A stretch of DNA of 62,903 nt, filler included, from Sphacelaria rigidula (GCA_964200075.2; 5 parts of 5 records of this genome joined end to end with filler, not necessarily neighbours in it), one strand, 5' to 3'. Shown: positions 36,725-50,305, counted from the first letter of the whole stretch. Notes: generated by a model not told the origin, from the sequence alone. Program-made: numbers and translations.

Positions 36725-37706
36725 CCTCTCACGATCCGAATGTCGCTGTTCAGTCCAAATCAAGTAGTCATCCTGTCAATCACAGGTTTTCAACTAACGC
36801 TTCAGCTTTACTGTTTTTCTGACCCTATAACGGGATGTCCCCCGACGCCGATATCCTTGATGTGGTGGCTAAGCAGCCCCACGCTGTCGACAAGCGCCGA
36901 CTCCTGCCTGACTCACGCCTATTGTTCAACCAAAGAGCAAAGCACGTGTGTGCCACTTGCGGACCTTTTGGCGACAGAAGGGGGTCAGCTATGCGGAGTA
37001 CTTGGAGAATATGTTACTAGGGTTCACCATGCATCGCCTCCTCCACCATACCGCACGAGGAAGAACATATATTCGTGGACAGCAATCAAGTCGTCGAAAC
37101 GCCGTTGTGGGTATGAAAAAATACGTGACCGCCAGTACTGTATCCGTTGCTTGAACCAACCATCGATGATGCGACAACCGCCCGTTGGTGACGGGAGAGC
37201 CTAGCCTGACCCTGACACCAGCCCCGAGATCGCAACGGACCGGTGGTGTTTCACAACCCGCCGCATGACAAAAGACCGACGCGCTGTGAGTCGTGAGTTG
37301 ATATATTGTTTCGTTGCGGAGAGACTTGGGAACCATTTCCGGGGAGAAAGGGGCGTGGTCGTTGTGGCGTCTGTGAACGGCAAATGAGCGGGAAAAGGGT
37401 AGACTGTAACTCCATCTGCGGCCGCAGAAGGATCAGAATTCCGTATTCTTCTCCATAAAAATGACCGTGAAAAAAACAGCAGGAAAATCGAAATCTATCG
37501 CAGACTTTTCAGAAAATACAGCAGGTTTTAGAAAAGATACAGCATAATTGATGCAGTTTCCATTAGGACAGCGCAGACTCGCAATTTTCTCGGACGAGAA
37601 ACCTGCAGACAGACAAACAAACCTCCTCCTTCGTGCTACAGTAGTCAGCGTCAGAAGTATGCAGAATCCGTAATTTCTTAGTTTCTCAAAGATTGTCCAA
37701 ATTTGT

Positions 37707-37806
37707 NNNNNNNNNNNNNNNNNNNNNNNNNNNNNNNNNNNNNNNNNNNNTTAATTAATTAANNNNNNNNNNNNNNNNNNNNNNNNNNNNNNNNNNNNNN
37801 NNNNNN
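37707..37806. other. Artificial contig linker
   Basis: Same 100-nt N/TTAATTAATTAA/N spacer. Confidence 0.98.
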
Positions 37807-37903
37807 ATAATAAAAAAACCCCACAAAAAAACCGCAGGAAAACACCACACAACAAAAAAAATAAACAAAAAAACCCCCCCCCCCCCCCACCCGAAAGGCA
37901 AGA

Positions 37904-37942
<39 letters not shown>

Positions 37943-38778
37943 AGAGAGAGAGAGAGGGAGAGATCAAAATGACAAAAGCCGAGCACACCGAGCAGCTGGG
38001 AATTCCCACGCTTGGGATAGTTTTCGTCACTGTCGCTCACATGAGGCGCTTCATGCAGGCTGCAACAACCCATCATACGGTGTACGGTTATTTCTTCGCG
38101 GCAGTTTTGGGGCTGTTTTGTCTTCTCTTTTTTTTTGGGGGGGGAGGACTTAAACCTATTTTTTATCACCCCGATGGGCAATAGGTGGTCAATAATTGCA
38201 GCAGCAAAAAAGGTATAAAAGTGTAAAGTTTAGTCTACTGCGCCCATGGTGGACGATACGTCAGCCCGTACACTTCACCTTTTATTACGAACTATTGACC
38301 ACTCATTGTCTACGGGTGTGTCAAGTTTCTGTCGCCGGGTTGGCGTGAACTCTACTGGAGAACACACCGAACGCACGGCATGTGCGTGGCAATATAATAG
38401 TACTATCGATGCAAACATTCAACATGCCTTGGGTAGGGTAAGTATCCGGGTATTATACTCTCCCGATTTTGTGTTGCGACGGCCAAATCCCCAAAAACTC
38501 TACCCGAATTTAGGGTACTGCTAAGCACGATCGTGTTACTGTGCGCAACATCCGGGTATCATTGAGTGCTCTCAGTACGTTATAACCAAATTTGGGCGCT
38601 GAGAGCATGAATTTTCAAATTACATAAATGTAGGAAATACCCTACTCAACACACCCTTGCACCAAGTGTATCTCCACCGAAAATACCCATTCCTCTTCCC
38701 CCTCCTCTCTCCCCCCCCAAAAACTCGAAACACATCGAGCGACTGCGGTCGGACCTGCTGCATGTCCTTGTTGCTTAC

Positions 38779-38954
38779 CGAAGAGCTTCAGCCGGCCGTC
38801 CGGGGAGAAAGCAATATTTTCTGGCTTCAGGTCGCGATGCACGACGAAGCTCCCCTCCACCGCCCTAGAATGCAAATAGCTCAGCGCCGCCGACAGCTGC
38901 AGCGCGCTATCCAAAGCCTTTTTCGTGGGAAACTGCCAGTTTTGCTGCCAGCGC
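38779..38954 (-). CDS. Protein kinase (TKL-like) exon, subdomains VIa-VII
   Basis: tag|G CGC TGG...ALQLSAALSYLH...VVHRDLKPENIAFSPDGRLKLF G|gtaag; the D of DFG is split in phase 1. Confidence 0.9.
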
Positions 38955-40525
38955 CTACGTGGGGTTGTAGGCCGTGTGCCATGTACAGCATCAGCAACAA
39001 CAATAACAATAACACCACAACAGCAAAAATAAACTCGACAGTAATTCCACATCATCTCATCTTGCGCAAGTCTGACGACAAATAGTCGTTTTGACCTTAC
39101 AGGTTTCAGCTCCACAGCACTCTTCCAAGCGTGTGTGTTTCCATGTCATCTTGTGCGAGTCTGACAACAAACAGCCGGATTGACCTTTTTAGAGGTTCCA
39201 GCTTCACGACATTCTTGCATGAGTGTATTATAGTTTTCCAAACATCTTCTATATGTGTTTGTTACTAAAATTATATTCCGAATAAAATACGATAAAAAAG
39301 CAACAACAACCTGTGCTTGAAAAAAAAAGGCTTTATATTCCATCACCATGATTTTCGCGGGTACGAGTTGAAACATCATCAATGCCGTCTTGCTAAAACG
39401 TCCGACACAGTGCGCCACAACAACCACACGAAGTCCAACCGGTAGGAAAACAACAATGGTATGCATGCGCTGAAAATATGTGCGTGAAAATATCCCTGGA
39501 CAATGACACAGGATCACGACCTAAGCACACCATGGACGACGGACAATGACGATACATTACATGGCCAACAAACATACTGCGTGCAGTATCGACTATTGCG
39601 TCAATTGCAATGGACAATCGATTCCAATCTGTACACACTATTGCCGCCGCGCCCCGGTGGTGTGGTGTTATGGTTCAACTGTCGCCGTTAGGGTGGACAG
39701 GATGAGCATTCGATTCTCGATGCATTGGGTTTTTTCTTCGTGATCTCTGATTTCTACCGTGGAAAGTGTGAGAACGTTAGTGAACAAAGCAGTCGACTGA
39801 GCTTGTATGAAGTGAGTTGATGCGGTGCGGGAGTGCTGATGGTCATGATCCAATCCGCGAGACCAAAATGCAAGGCGTGTACCGGGGTAGAGATGGGCTG
39901 ATCCCCTGAGACCACGGACTCGTCCCGAGGAACGGGAGGGGTTCGAAGTGGAACAAATAAATCATAAAAAATAAATTACACTACACTACACTTTCTTGAC
40001 GATGCAACGGATCGTCGTTATCCAGGGTGCGAAGTTACGAGACCGGACCGCGAGTAGTCTCCCCCATATCCCGCACCCGGTTGTCCAGCGGGCGTGGGAC
40101 GCAGCAAGCAGCGATCGCACAAGCCACCAATCTCTATTTTCGTCACACGCCCTCTTTGTATGCTTCCTCTTCATTTTTTTGTTAATCTCATTACACGTCA
40201 TACGTGTAGATATATATTTTCTCCCGCTCACTTCTAGCTCCTCCCCTTGCTCCGAACAAGTCCGTGGTCTGTCTGCCTCAAGGTATCCACCATGAACCAA
40301 GCCATCCATCTCTACGCCGGTCTAGTACACGCCTTGCACTTTGGCATAGCATCGCGGATTCGACCAGCACTTCTACAGCACCGCACCCACTGTCGTCTGA
40401 CAAAACTCAGCCGAAAAATACTACTCCTTCCTGCTACTGCTCACGTCAGTCCTTACCCTGTTAACCACGGGAATCAGATACTTCCAAGCGTGCGCCTTAC
40501 CTCATGATTTCCCGATCGAAGATGC

Positions 40526-40526
<1 letters not shown>

Positions 40527-40610
<84 letters not shown>
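40527..40610. repeat. (GT)42 microsatellite
   Basis: 84 nt of perfect GT. Confidence 0.97.
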
Positions 40611-40611
<1 letters not shown>

Positions 40612-40938
40612 GTCGTTTCGTCTATGCCGGACGCCGGTCTACATATTTCGGTAAATGTAGGCGCACCAGCCGGGGGGGGTCACACAGAAGTTTTCCTTCT
40701 TTGTTTGTTTTAGTTCTCCACCTTCTGCGATACTTGCCTTTATTTTTCATCACGAGAGGGGTTCAGCAGTTATTTTCCCTCGTCGACCATTAAGTCGAGT
40801 TTTGTGTACCCACGACATAGTCGCTCTCTACTGCTGGGCAGTGTATAATAAAATGTCCCAAATCGCTCCGAGATTTGAACCCGACCCAACCGTCAGACGG
40901 TTTTTAGGTTACCAGCTGAGCCATCGGGGCGACCGGTG
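40527..40938 (-). mobile_element. tRNA-derived SINE with (AC)n tail
   Basis: Minus-strand 5' end has an A box TGGCTCAGCTGG and a B box GGTTCAAATCT; body about 330 nt; ends in (AC)42; partial copies at 42542-42790(-) and 47795-47900(+). Confidence 0.78.
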
Positions 40939-41831
40939 CGGTCGGTGGAAAAGGAAAATTCTAATCTGATAGATTGTGATTTCCACTACTATAGTTTAGT
41001 TTGAAGACAAAGGTTGAACCAGACGCATCTGGCGGAACTCGAACCTGCGTTTTTTTCCCGCCCCAACAGTGCCAGTTACACCATTTTAATTTAGACCACC
41101 TGGGAGAGGCGAGTTGCAAAACGCTTGCGGAAAGTTCCACCGGCCATGATCACAACCAACACTTTTTGAGAGCCACACAAGAAATGACAAAACGCCGAGT
41201 GTCTACACGCATAAACGCAAGATCGAACGAGAACTGCCCCCATGTTACTCACCGATAATGATCGCGTGCACCATCCCACCATTGTTATTTCGTCATTTTC
41301 CCACAATTTTCTTTTGTGTACATGCATGACGCAAGAAACCGACATTTATTATTCATTGATACAAGGGCAGTATATTTGAACTGTACTGGGCACTTGACTG
41401 TTCTGTTCGTGCATCACGTACATCAGAGCACACTACGGCCTATGGACAGTAATGTGGGTATCAAGAACATTCTCCATTTTCCGGGTAGTGTATACAAAGG
41501 CATGGTCACAAGGTGACACACAATCTCAGTCAAGGGTCGAAGATAATTTCTGTTCTGTACATCACCAAACACGAGGACTACATTCGATGAATAAATGATG
41601 ACATTTTTCTGTCGTGTGTACAATAGCACGTCTCTGTTCTCCATTTCCGTGAGAAAGTTTGTACATGGATGGCGCCATCATTCATCGTCTTATCTAATGA
41701 CCTTTTCCAAAAATGCGATCCTGAGATGATGTACCTATTCTGCCGTACGTACAACAAGAGAAGCATGAAAATATCCCCCATTTTTCTGTATCATTTGTTT
41801 TCCAACATTTTGCCATGATCCATGGTCTCAC

Positions 41832-41938
41832 CTAACGACCGAACTCATCATTCCCTCAGGCTGAGGATTCCTCAGGCACATCTGCTCGGTCAGCGTGCCA
41901 CCTATCAAATACTCCAACAGCACGAATCGCTTCGACTC
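41832..41938 (-). CDS. Protein kinase exon, subdomain V (absent from the ORF track in this frame)
   Basis: Pyrimidine tract + cag|GAG; ESKRFVLLEYLIGGTLTEQMCLRNPQPEGMMSSVV(R); AG|gtgaga phase 2 matches the 38954 acceptor. Confidence 0.88.
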
Positions 41939-43185
41939 CTGATGTCATGAAAACACGCACGAGGGACGAGGCCGGGAAGACGCGACGGCAAAAGAAACAC
42001 GGAACGGTTTGCCAGAGACAAGCAGAGCAGAGGAAGATGGGGACGGGAGCGTACTCATTTGTTACTTGCCTTGTTCGTTTGACCACCTTGACAAGCTGCG
42101 TGATGACCCACAGTACAAGATGGGGGCGGGTACTCGTGATCTTGCATGCCGTAGTCATATGACTATCGACCTCGCATCCCTATAAAGCCGGGACGGAGCA
42201 CGCCAGGTTTTCGCGGGACCAGGCTCGACAGGAAAGAGGGGGTAGCTTCACAAGACGGCATAGTAACGTGCGGGTTAACATTCTAGACTTGATCATGTTG
42301 CTGCATTGTAGTCGACGTGGCTGTGTTTCTCCTCCATGTGCTCCACTGTGTCTGTGTTCCAAAAGTTGTGTTACAACGGTGCAGCTCTCATACGAACGAA
42401 CCGCAGGCATCCTCCGCACAAGCTGTGTTATGACCCCCAATACCTCCATAACTCCACACCCTGGTTCGTTGCACTACTCCTAGATCTTCACATCTATTGT
42501 ACGATGCTCCTTGTCGTGCAACTCAAGTATCCGCACCAAAGGTGTGTGTGTGTGTGTGCGTGTGTGTGTGGTCATCCCATCCATTCTGGACGCCAATCCA
42601 CACCTTCCAGTTTATGTGAGCGCATCGGCCGGGGTCACACTAGAGGAAATTCAACATGAGAGGGTTTCATTCATTTGTATTTTGTTTTTTAGCACTCCAT
42701 CTTCCTTCCGCAGTGCTTTTCTTTTTCTTCATCGCGAGAGAAGGGTGCAGCGATTGCTTTCTCTCGTCGACCTTGAAGTCCATCAGTCAGAATGGATTTC
42801 TTGAACTGTAACTACAATGAGATCGTTTCTTATTATTGTATTTTTTTTGTGTGTGTGCGTGGGGGGTGGGGGGGGGGGGGGGGGGGTTTCCTCTTTTTTG
42901 GGGACCTCCCCNNNNNNNNNNGTTTTGGGTTTGTTGTTGTTTGGTGTTGGTGGTTGGGTGTGGGGGGGTGGGGGTGTTGGGGGGTGCCATATTCCTCAGT
43001 TTCGGGACATTCCACACGGTTTTTGGTCACCAGTAAATTTTGCTATCACACACCTTGGATACTTCGCATCACCTCACTGACAGCAGTCAAGTTTACCCTG
43101 TAGACCTACTTTGCTTCAAGATTTGGAGAATGACCTCCGAACAGAAAACGAGATGCAGATGAAAAGACACGGTGTTTAACCCCTA

Positions 43186-43666
43186 GGCCGCTCCTTACAA
43201 CAGACAAGAATAAAAATCTGGAAAAGTGCCTTTTCGGAACTTTTACGTCGTTCGACGCCCCAAAAGGGAGATAGGCGGAGTTTGACACCTTGGAATGACT
43301 TGCTCCACTAGTTGAGACGGTTCCATGACATCTTTCCGTTTTCTGGTGGCCGCAGTTTTCATTTTGGCCAAACAAGAATTTTTGTCCAACAACGGTACAA
43401 AAAGTCAAATCTAAAAAAAATCGCCACATTTCTCTGGACTTGACTGTTTTTTTTTACCGTTGTTGGACAAATATTCTTGTTCGGCCAAAATGAAAACTGC
43501 GGCCACCGGAAAACGGGAAGATGTCCTGGAACCATCTCAACTAGTGGAGCAAGTCATTCCAAGGTGTCAAACTCCGCCTATCTTCCTTTTGGGGCGTAAA
43601 ACGACGTGAAAGTTCCAAACAAGCATTTTTCCAGATTTTTATTTTTGTCTGTTATAAGGAGCGCCC
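43186..43666. mobile_element. Well-preserved foldback element (~230-bp arms) inserted into a piggyBac-like MITE
   Basis: ggccgctccttacaacagacaagaataaaaatctggaaaa... mirrored by ...tttccagatttttatttttgtctgttataaggagcgccc; flanks ttaaccc(cta) and (tga)gacggcgagag rebuild the MITE TIR. Confidence 0.85.
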
Positions 43667-44028
43667 TGAGACGGCGAGAGTAGGTTATCTGTCGAGTCGG
43701 CATCAATTTCACTTGCAAAAAGAATGCATGATCCAGATGGACTACCCTCGCGGTCGAGGGGTTAACTAACCCTTTCAAGGGTCGGACAAATAATGATTCG
43801 TCTGAAAAATTCTTGGTTTAGTATCATGCGTCGATTCGTGACGGATCAATACCCAGGCTTTATTTCAGCGTTGCAACCCAGGTATACGCAGCCCAGAAAG
43901 GTGGAATGACGCAAAAGTTGCGTGGATACCCCTTGGATCAGCGATCAACNNNNNNNNNNGATCAACTTTTTTCTCCCTTTTGGGCAATCAGGCCGAAGAA
44001 ATCGTGAATTTGGTGATTTCGAGTCGCT

Positions 44029-44365
44029 CCCTTCGACCGCGAGGGTAGGTCACCTGCGGAATCGGCATCAATATTTACTTGAAAAAATGATGCATGATCT
44101 AGATGGACCGCCCTCCCGGTGTAAGGGTAAACCTTAACCCTTCGACCGCGATGCGGGTAATCCATCTGGATAACGCGTACTTTTTCTAGTGAAATTGATG
44201 CCGATTCAGCAGGTGACCTACCCTCCCGGTCGAAGGGTACACGTTAACCCTTCGGGGACTCACTGCTGATTTTTGCTTTTGTGAATCAGCATATTTTTGA
44301 CTTGAAAATGACTGAAAATGATGCCAATCCACGAAAACAAAAATCAGCAGTGGGTTCTCCAAGTG
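44029..44365. mobile_element. Cluster of three TTAA-type MITEs
   Basis: 44029-44127 and 44138-44237 (CCCTTCGACCGCGA TIR); 44248-44365 (CCCTTCGGGGACTCACTGCTGATTTTTG TIR); separated by TAAA/TTAA. Confidence 0.75.
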
Positions 44366-45759
44366 TTGAAGGAATCAGCAGTGATTTTTCGAATTTTCCC
44401 CCATCATGCTTGCATTTCTTCATATCGATCCGGATTTTTATTCGGAGGCCAATTCTCGAGATCTCGGAGCCAAGTAAAGATGAAAAATGGGCTAGACTCC
44501 TCTCGGTGGCGTAGTGTAAGGTGTCTGAGGCGTGTGATGGCGATATTCCCTGTGTGGGAGCCAAAAACTGGAATACATGTCACGAAAATGAAAAATACCC
44601 CCCCTGCCCTCCGCCCTCCGCCCCAAAACCCCGTAAGAAATGAAATAAGGGTTGTTATTACTTAGTACGTCCATCATGAGACCACAGCTGGATCGCTGGG
44701 GGGGCCGTTAAAGTGCGACAATCAAATCATCAATGAAAGCAATTACCGACAGGACTGTTTCCCACTCCTAAAATCTCAATTTTCTTCCGGAAAATAATTC
44801 TCACCCCGAAAAATGAGGGAGCAGATTTCTCAACCCTTCGACCGCGAGGGTAGAGGTCATCAAGAGAAATGAGAACGCGCCGTGAAAGTCAAAGAGTGAT
44901 TCCGACGGTTTCGATTTTTTTTCTTCATTCAATCCTTCCGAACTGTTGAGAGAGGTGATGGGTAACTAATTGCAGCTTTCGAACCAAGAACGGAAGGATT
45001 GAAGAAAAATAAGAAGAAGACGAAAGGAGGACAAGAAGAAATCACGAAAAGCGCCACACTCACTCCAACTCTAATGGCGCGTTCTCACCTTTCTTGTCTC
45101 TCGTAAAAACACGGCCTAAAAGTGATAAGGCTGATCCCCACAAGAGAAATGGTACAACAGTAACAGCACCATGGCATCACTACTATCTGTTGCTGTGCAC
45201 GGTGTTCCCAATCTATTCTTGCCTAGTGGCGCCTCTTCCTGTCTACTGGTGCTCTGGCTAGGGACTAGGGTTCGGCTGGTGCGGGAGCCAATACCGGAAA
45301 TAATCAACACAGGAGCATTTTTTGTCTTCGAGCTGGCAGCGGGGAATCACGCAGATTCGACCGCTCGACGAGTAGTGAGAGATGACAGAGAGGGCGACAT
45401 CATGTTAGTGCTGCACTACTGTACTCTACGTTGCTTGTGCTGGCTAGAATCGTAATAAGTGTGACCCAAGTTGCGCCACGGTCGGGGCTGTAGTCATGCG
45501 GCACTAACTACGTAGCCCCACGTGTTTTTGCCACTATCCCAGAATGCACATGAAAATCGATGGTGCACCCGGGTGAATACATTTTTTTGCGAAATAGTGC
45601 AGCCGGGTCCACGTACAATTTTTCCGAATCAGCGCTGTGCCCATTCCTCGCGATTGTTGCTGTGCCTCTTCCTGCCTACAGGTGTTGGGCATGTTCGCGC
45701 CTTTTCGTCACAACGGAACACCCCGAACGGTGCTCAGTCAGCACAACAGCATACTATTT

Positions 45760-46152
45760 TAGTGTTGGATATCATATCGAAATATCGTTATCGTTATCGT
45801 ACCGAAAACATTCCGATAAAACGATAAAGTGTGCGGTGTGTCAATCGGGTTTGGTCGAATCTGGACACGTTTTCTCGTAGGCTAGGAGATCTTGAGGCCA
45901 ATTTCGATGGGAATATAAAATAAAGCCATGTATCCCAATGTTCTCGCCTCCGGCGGCACCTCCAGCGGGGCCGCTTCCCGAGCCGAGCGCGCGCGGGGGA
46001 GGGGGGGGAGGCATTTCGTGCTTGCACAGCGAGCGGGCTTGCTGCGCTCGCCGAGGTTAGGCTTCGCCGAAATTTATCGAAAACTATCGTTATCGAACGC
46101 TGAAAGAGTCGATATCGTATCGAAGTGCTGAATGGTTCGATATTCAACACTA
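45760..46152. mobile_element. hAT-like MITE with TATCG subterminal repeats
   Basis: TAGTGTTGGATATC / GATATTCAACACTA TIRs; near-TSD ATACTATT(T)/ATACTATC. Confidence 0.68.
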
Positions 46153-46385
46153 ATACTATCATGTGTTTTGACGCGGAGGCAGGAGCAGGGTCATCATATC
46201 AGTAAAGTTTACCGGTTACTGGCCTCCAGCATATACACGCATGTGTACCACAAGGGTGTTTTTTCAGGAAAGATGGGAGAGAACCACCTGTTCGTACCAT
46301 GTGTCGACCGCAACATCAAAAATATAAGAGCGAGAATTTCAGCTGCTCGTTCTTTGGCGAGATAATCTTTTTTTCAAGCTGATTA

Positions 46386-47184
46386 GGCCGCTTCTTATAG
46401 ACTGAAAAGAGTCTCTTGAGAAAAGTCATTTTGCACGACTTTTTTCTGATACTTTTTTCAGAGAAATCAGTTTTCAGAACCCCAGCTTTTAGTCTACGAA
46501 AAAACCCTGGGGATTCGTACACCCGAGGCCATCATCTAGCCTTCGTGCAGACGGTGCTAGAGGTCATAATTTGCATTTTGTGCTTGTGCCACCTGCGGTA
46601 AACTAACACGTGAATAATCCCGTCCAGGTAAAGGATAGATGGGATTGCAACACACACAGTAGTTAGTAGTGCGGTAGCAACCGTCTTAGCACACAGAATA
46701 CTACAGAGTTCGCAATCGCTGGCGGGCACGACGAGCATGAAACGGTACGAACAGCCAACACAGCCAGCAGGGGCGACATCGTTCTATTTTATAACAGTAA
46801 CGCTGCCGGCGACAAAGCACTGTACTGTACTGTCTGTCCCTGGCCCTACGGCCATGAAGAGGATGCAGAGAGTGCTACAGCAGAGCTATACTACTGCTAC
46901 GGTACCGTTGTACATACGACATGCATAGCTACTTCTGCCTGTACTACACTTGTATGCGAGGAGTGTGTTATAGAACGTTAATTCCCAGACAGAGAAAGGT
47001 TTCTGGGAATCGACGCCTTTTCCCGAGAGATTCAGAAAAATTACCCTGGCTGGGAATTTCGGTCAGATTCCAGAGACTTTTTTCATGAAAAATGGGCCTA
47101 TAATATCGCGTTCTGAAAAAAATCTCTAAAAACTCTCCAAAACAACTGTTCTCAGAGACGTTTTTCAGCCTATAAGAAGCGGCC
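46386..47184. mobile_element. Harbinger-like TIR element
   Basis: tta|GGCCGCTTCTTATAGACTGAAAA ... TTTTCAGCCTATAAGAAGCGGCC. Confidence 0.62.
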
Positions 47185-49360
47185 CCACAGCAAGACAACA
47201 TATGGAGAGTACCTGTTCTTGCTCATCGCCCATTTTTTCGGTTGAAATCGATCGACTTGTCCGTCGGTATATTCGAAACGTCGGACAGCTCATGAGCTAC
47301 CAAAAAATGACTAGAGTAATCGAAGAGGGCTCCCAGATCTGTTCGCCCAGGTACACAGAATACGTGACAGCGAGGTCCGAGAAGCCATAGCGCTACCTCT
47401 GCACTACTTACTCCACGTGCTCGGCGTCCAGCACTGTAGGGAGCGAATATGGGAAAAGTGCACATCCTGGACGATGACAATAAATCACGTGGTAAATAGT
47501 GTACTGCGTACAGTCAGCATCGACTAATGCGTCTATCGGAATAGACAATATATTCCATACCGTACGCAGTACACTTTTTCACAACGGATATCTTTCATCC
47601 AGGGAGTGGAAAAGTGACCAAATGAGCTACTGTTGTAGCTCATTATCCGAACCAGTACACTAAGAAGAGGTCATTTTCACTTCCACTTAGCTCATGGGCT
47701 GTCCAACGTGGGGTACATTTCATCTGCGGGGAAATTCTATTTTTCCAACCCCCCCAACCTACATACCCGGAGAAGGCATTAACAAACAAATGTACCGGAA
47801 CAAAAATCGACTTCACGGTCGACGAGGGAAAGGAATCGCTGTACACCTCTTGCGGTTGAAAAAGGAAGGCAAGCACCGCGAAAGGAAGGTGGAGTGCTGA
47901 CGAAAATAATATTGGAAAATACTCGGTAACAAAATAAAAAATAAAACTCTATTAGTCTTGACCTTCCTCCTATGTGATCCCGACTGATGCGCTCACATAT
48001 GCCGTCAGACGTAGACTAGCGTCCAAAATAGATTAAATGACAACACCCACACGCCCGGGTAATTAATTTTACGAGATGAAGTGTCAACAGTACTCGTGGA
48101 CGACCAGTAAGGTCCGTGTAGGCGATAGCTTCTCATTCGGTGTACTAAAGGACAAACGGTAAAAAGTCGGGGAGAATATTTCAAGTAAGAATGCCTTCCG
48201 CCGCCAAGATGTTGTGTACGATTCCAACGCTCCGGTTGAGGAGAGGTAATGATTGACGGCTACTATCTCTCATGCAGTATTCATAGCACAGAAGTGCTGC
48301 TGCTGAGCTAGGTCTTGCTGCCTCGCACCCAAGGCGGCTAAATGCGGTTCAGGACATGTGTGCAACATAGGCGGCAATATTTGTTGCTTGTAGTGGGTAG
48401 AGGGCACAGCAGACATCAATATGCCACAGTTCTTCTCCATGCGTGCTGTGTACTTATAGAAATAGCTGGGTATCGCAGGCGAGCCTTTGCCACACAACAG
48501 CGCACCACAGCACACAACAGCGCACTGCATGCCCTAGAGTGCCCAACATCGGAGTAGAGTGAAGCAGGATACAGCCATTACACGAGTACAGAGCGTGTGG
48601 GAGCGCGACGTGGACCTGGAGAGAGTAAGCCTTGCAGAGGCAGGGCTCAAGATAGGGGATGAAGTGACTGACTGATGGCGTTGGCCGTTCAATGCTCGGG
48701 GTGGGAAATCGTTCGTACGCGAGCCGGGTCAATACTGATGGTGATCACAGAAAGCAGCGGTTTGACATTACACCGGTCTCTTGCATCTACTGAAGGTACC
48801 ATAACGCCTCCTCAAAAAGCCTGTTTGTAATTATTACAACGGTCGGCGCAGGACCAATATTTTCCTCCCTCCTCTGTTTCTTTTTCTTTTTGTGTCGCGA
48901 GCACTAATACATCACAATGCAAATATAACACCAACCACTGCAGCATCTTATCTTGATATTTCCGATTCTGATAAACCATGTCAACAGCTACTCGCACTCC
49001 AACATTCATGTTATATTTTCCCTTCTGATCAACCATGACGATAGCTACAAGCGCAAAGACGTTCGTTTTGAACGGAACCACCCTCTCATGAATAATACTT
49101 TTATACAAAAAAGTGCATCCGTCTCCCGCGTTTCGTATACGTTCCCTTTCCCCCCACGTCATTGCAAACGTTGAACACCCCCCCCGCCATCCCCCCCCGC
49201 TCCCGCCCCTTCATGCACACGTGCCGCCTACTACAACAGCACAGTACTCGTGGCGAGAAAAAACTACCAAGTGCGCTTGCTACTTACGCATACATGCCTG
49301 GTCAAGATCGCGGAACTCCCCTGCCTCCTGCCCGTCCGCATCAATATCCAGGGGGCATAC

Positions 49361-49477
49361 GTACCCGGCCCCCAACATCTCCACGATATTGGGGTGCTGG
49401 AGGCGCGTGAGTATATCTATCTCCGTCTCCAAGTCCTTGCGAGCCACCGCCGGCTGCGCACAATCATCTCGTGGCAT
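49361..49477 (-). CDS. Protein kinase exon, subdomains III-IV
   Basis: cag|ATG; MPRDDCAQPAVARKDLETEIDILTRLQHPNIVEMLGAGY; donor TAC|gtatgc (phase 0) joins ESKRF. Confidence 0.87.
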
Positions 49478-50305
49478 CTGTTCGATGAATATGTGCGAGG
49501 ATCGGAGCATACTGACTGTAGTAGGGTCCGCGGTTCATGGACAGGCACTGAGAGTTAGTACAGTGCGGGTGGTTCTGTTGAACAGTCATTATGTACACAA
49601 AAAAAATGACCGTATGATCGAGTTGACCCACTACCCCGACCGTCGACGGTGGACCGACCGTCAACTAAAAGCAGCCGATGCCGGTGTCAAAAAAATAGAG
49701 AATGACTAATCACCTTCGCGCTCGAGGGCAAAAGCGCACAGGAGTCGATATATTCATACGAGTTTTTGAAACCAGTGCGATGGATATGGCTCATTTCGGA
49801 ACACTTTATCGAATACTGTATTCCATGCACACCCTGGACAACAGAATACAGTCAAGAAGTGTACTACGTACATTTATCGAACATTGCGCCTATTGCAAGA
49901 GACAATGGATTCCATAATGTACGCAGTACATTTTCTTACCATAGAATCTATTGTCCACGGTGTGATTCCATGCGTTTGCATGTGGTGATCACGCTTACTC
50001 CTCACCTCGGGTTCGGGTACTACGGTAACGCTCCCTGCTGTACTATACTTCCCCGGGAAGGACACAGCTGGTGAGGGTTATCCCTCGGCCTCCCGAATGC
50101 CACATCCGGTAGCGATTTTTTTTCGGTTTTCAACTCCATCATATGTCTGTGTGTGCTTGGGGGTGTCATCCTCAGTTTCAAAGGAAATCCAAAAACTTGA
50201 CAGAACCCCAATAACGATAGAAATTATTTCGGTGACTCACAGGGAAAGGGGGGGGGGATTTTTTGTTGACCCCGACCATTTGAAGGGAGTGGTCATCTCT
50301 TGCAA

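Noticed and set aside
40232..40430. Additional kinase exon
   Set aside because: It is an inverted copy of an interspersed repeat; exons 41832-41938 and 38779-38954 already join in frame
40860..40938. Functional tRNA gene
   Set aside because: A and B boxes are present but there is no convincing cloverleaf or acceptor stem, and it runs into a repeated SINE body
49996..50067. Upstream kinase exon with AG/GT borders
   Set aside because: No frame gives the expected VAxK subdomain II ending
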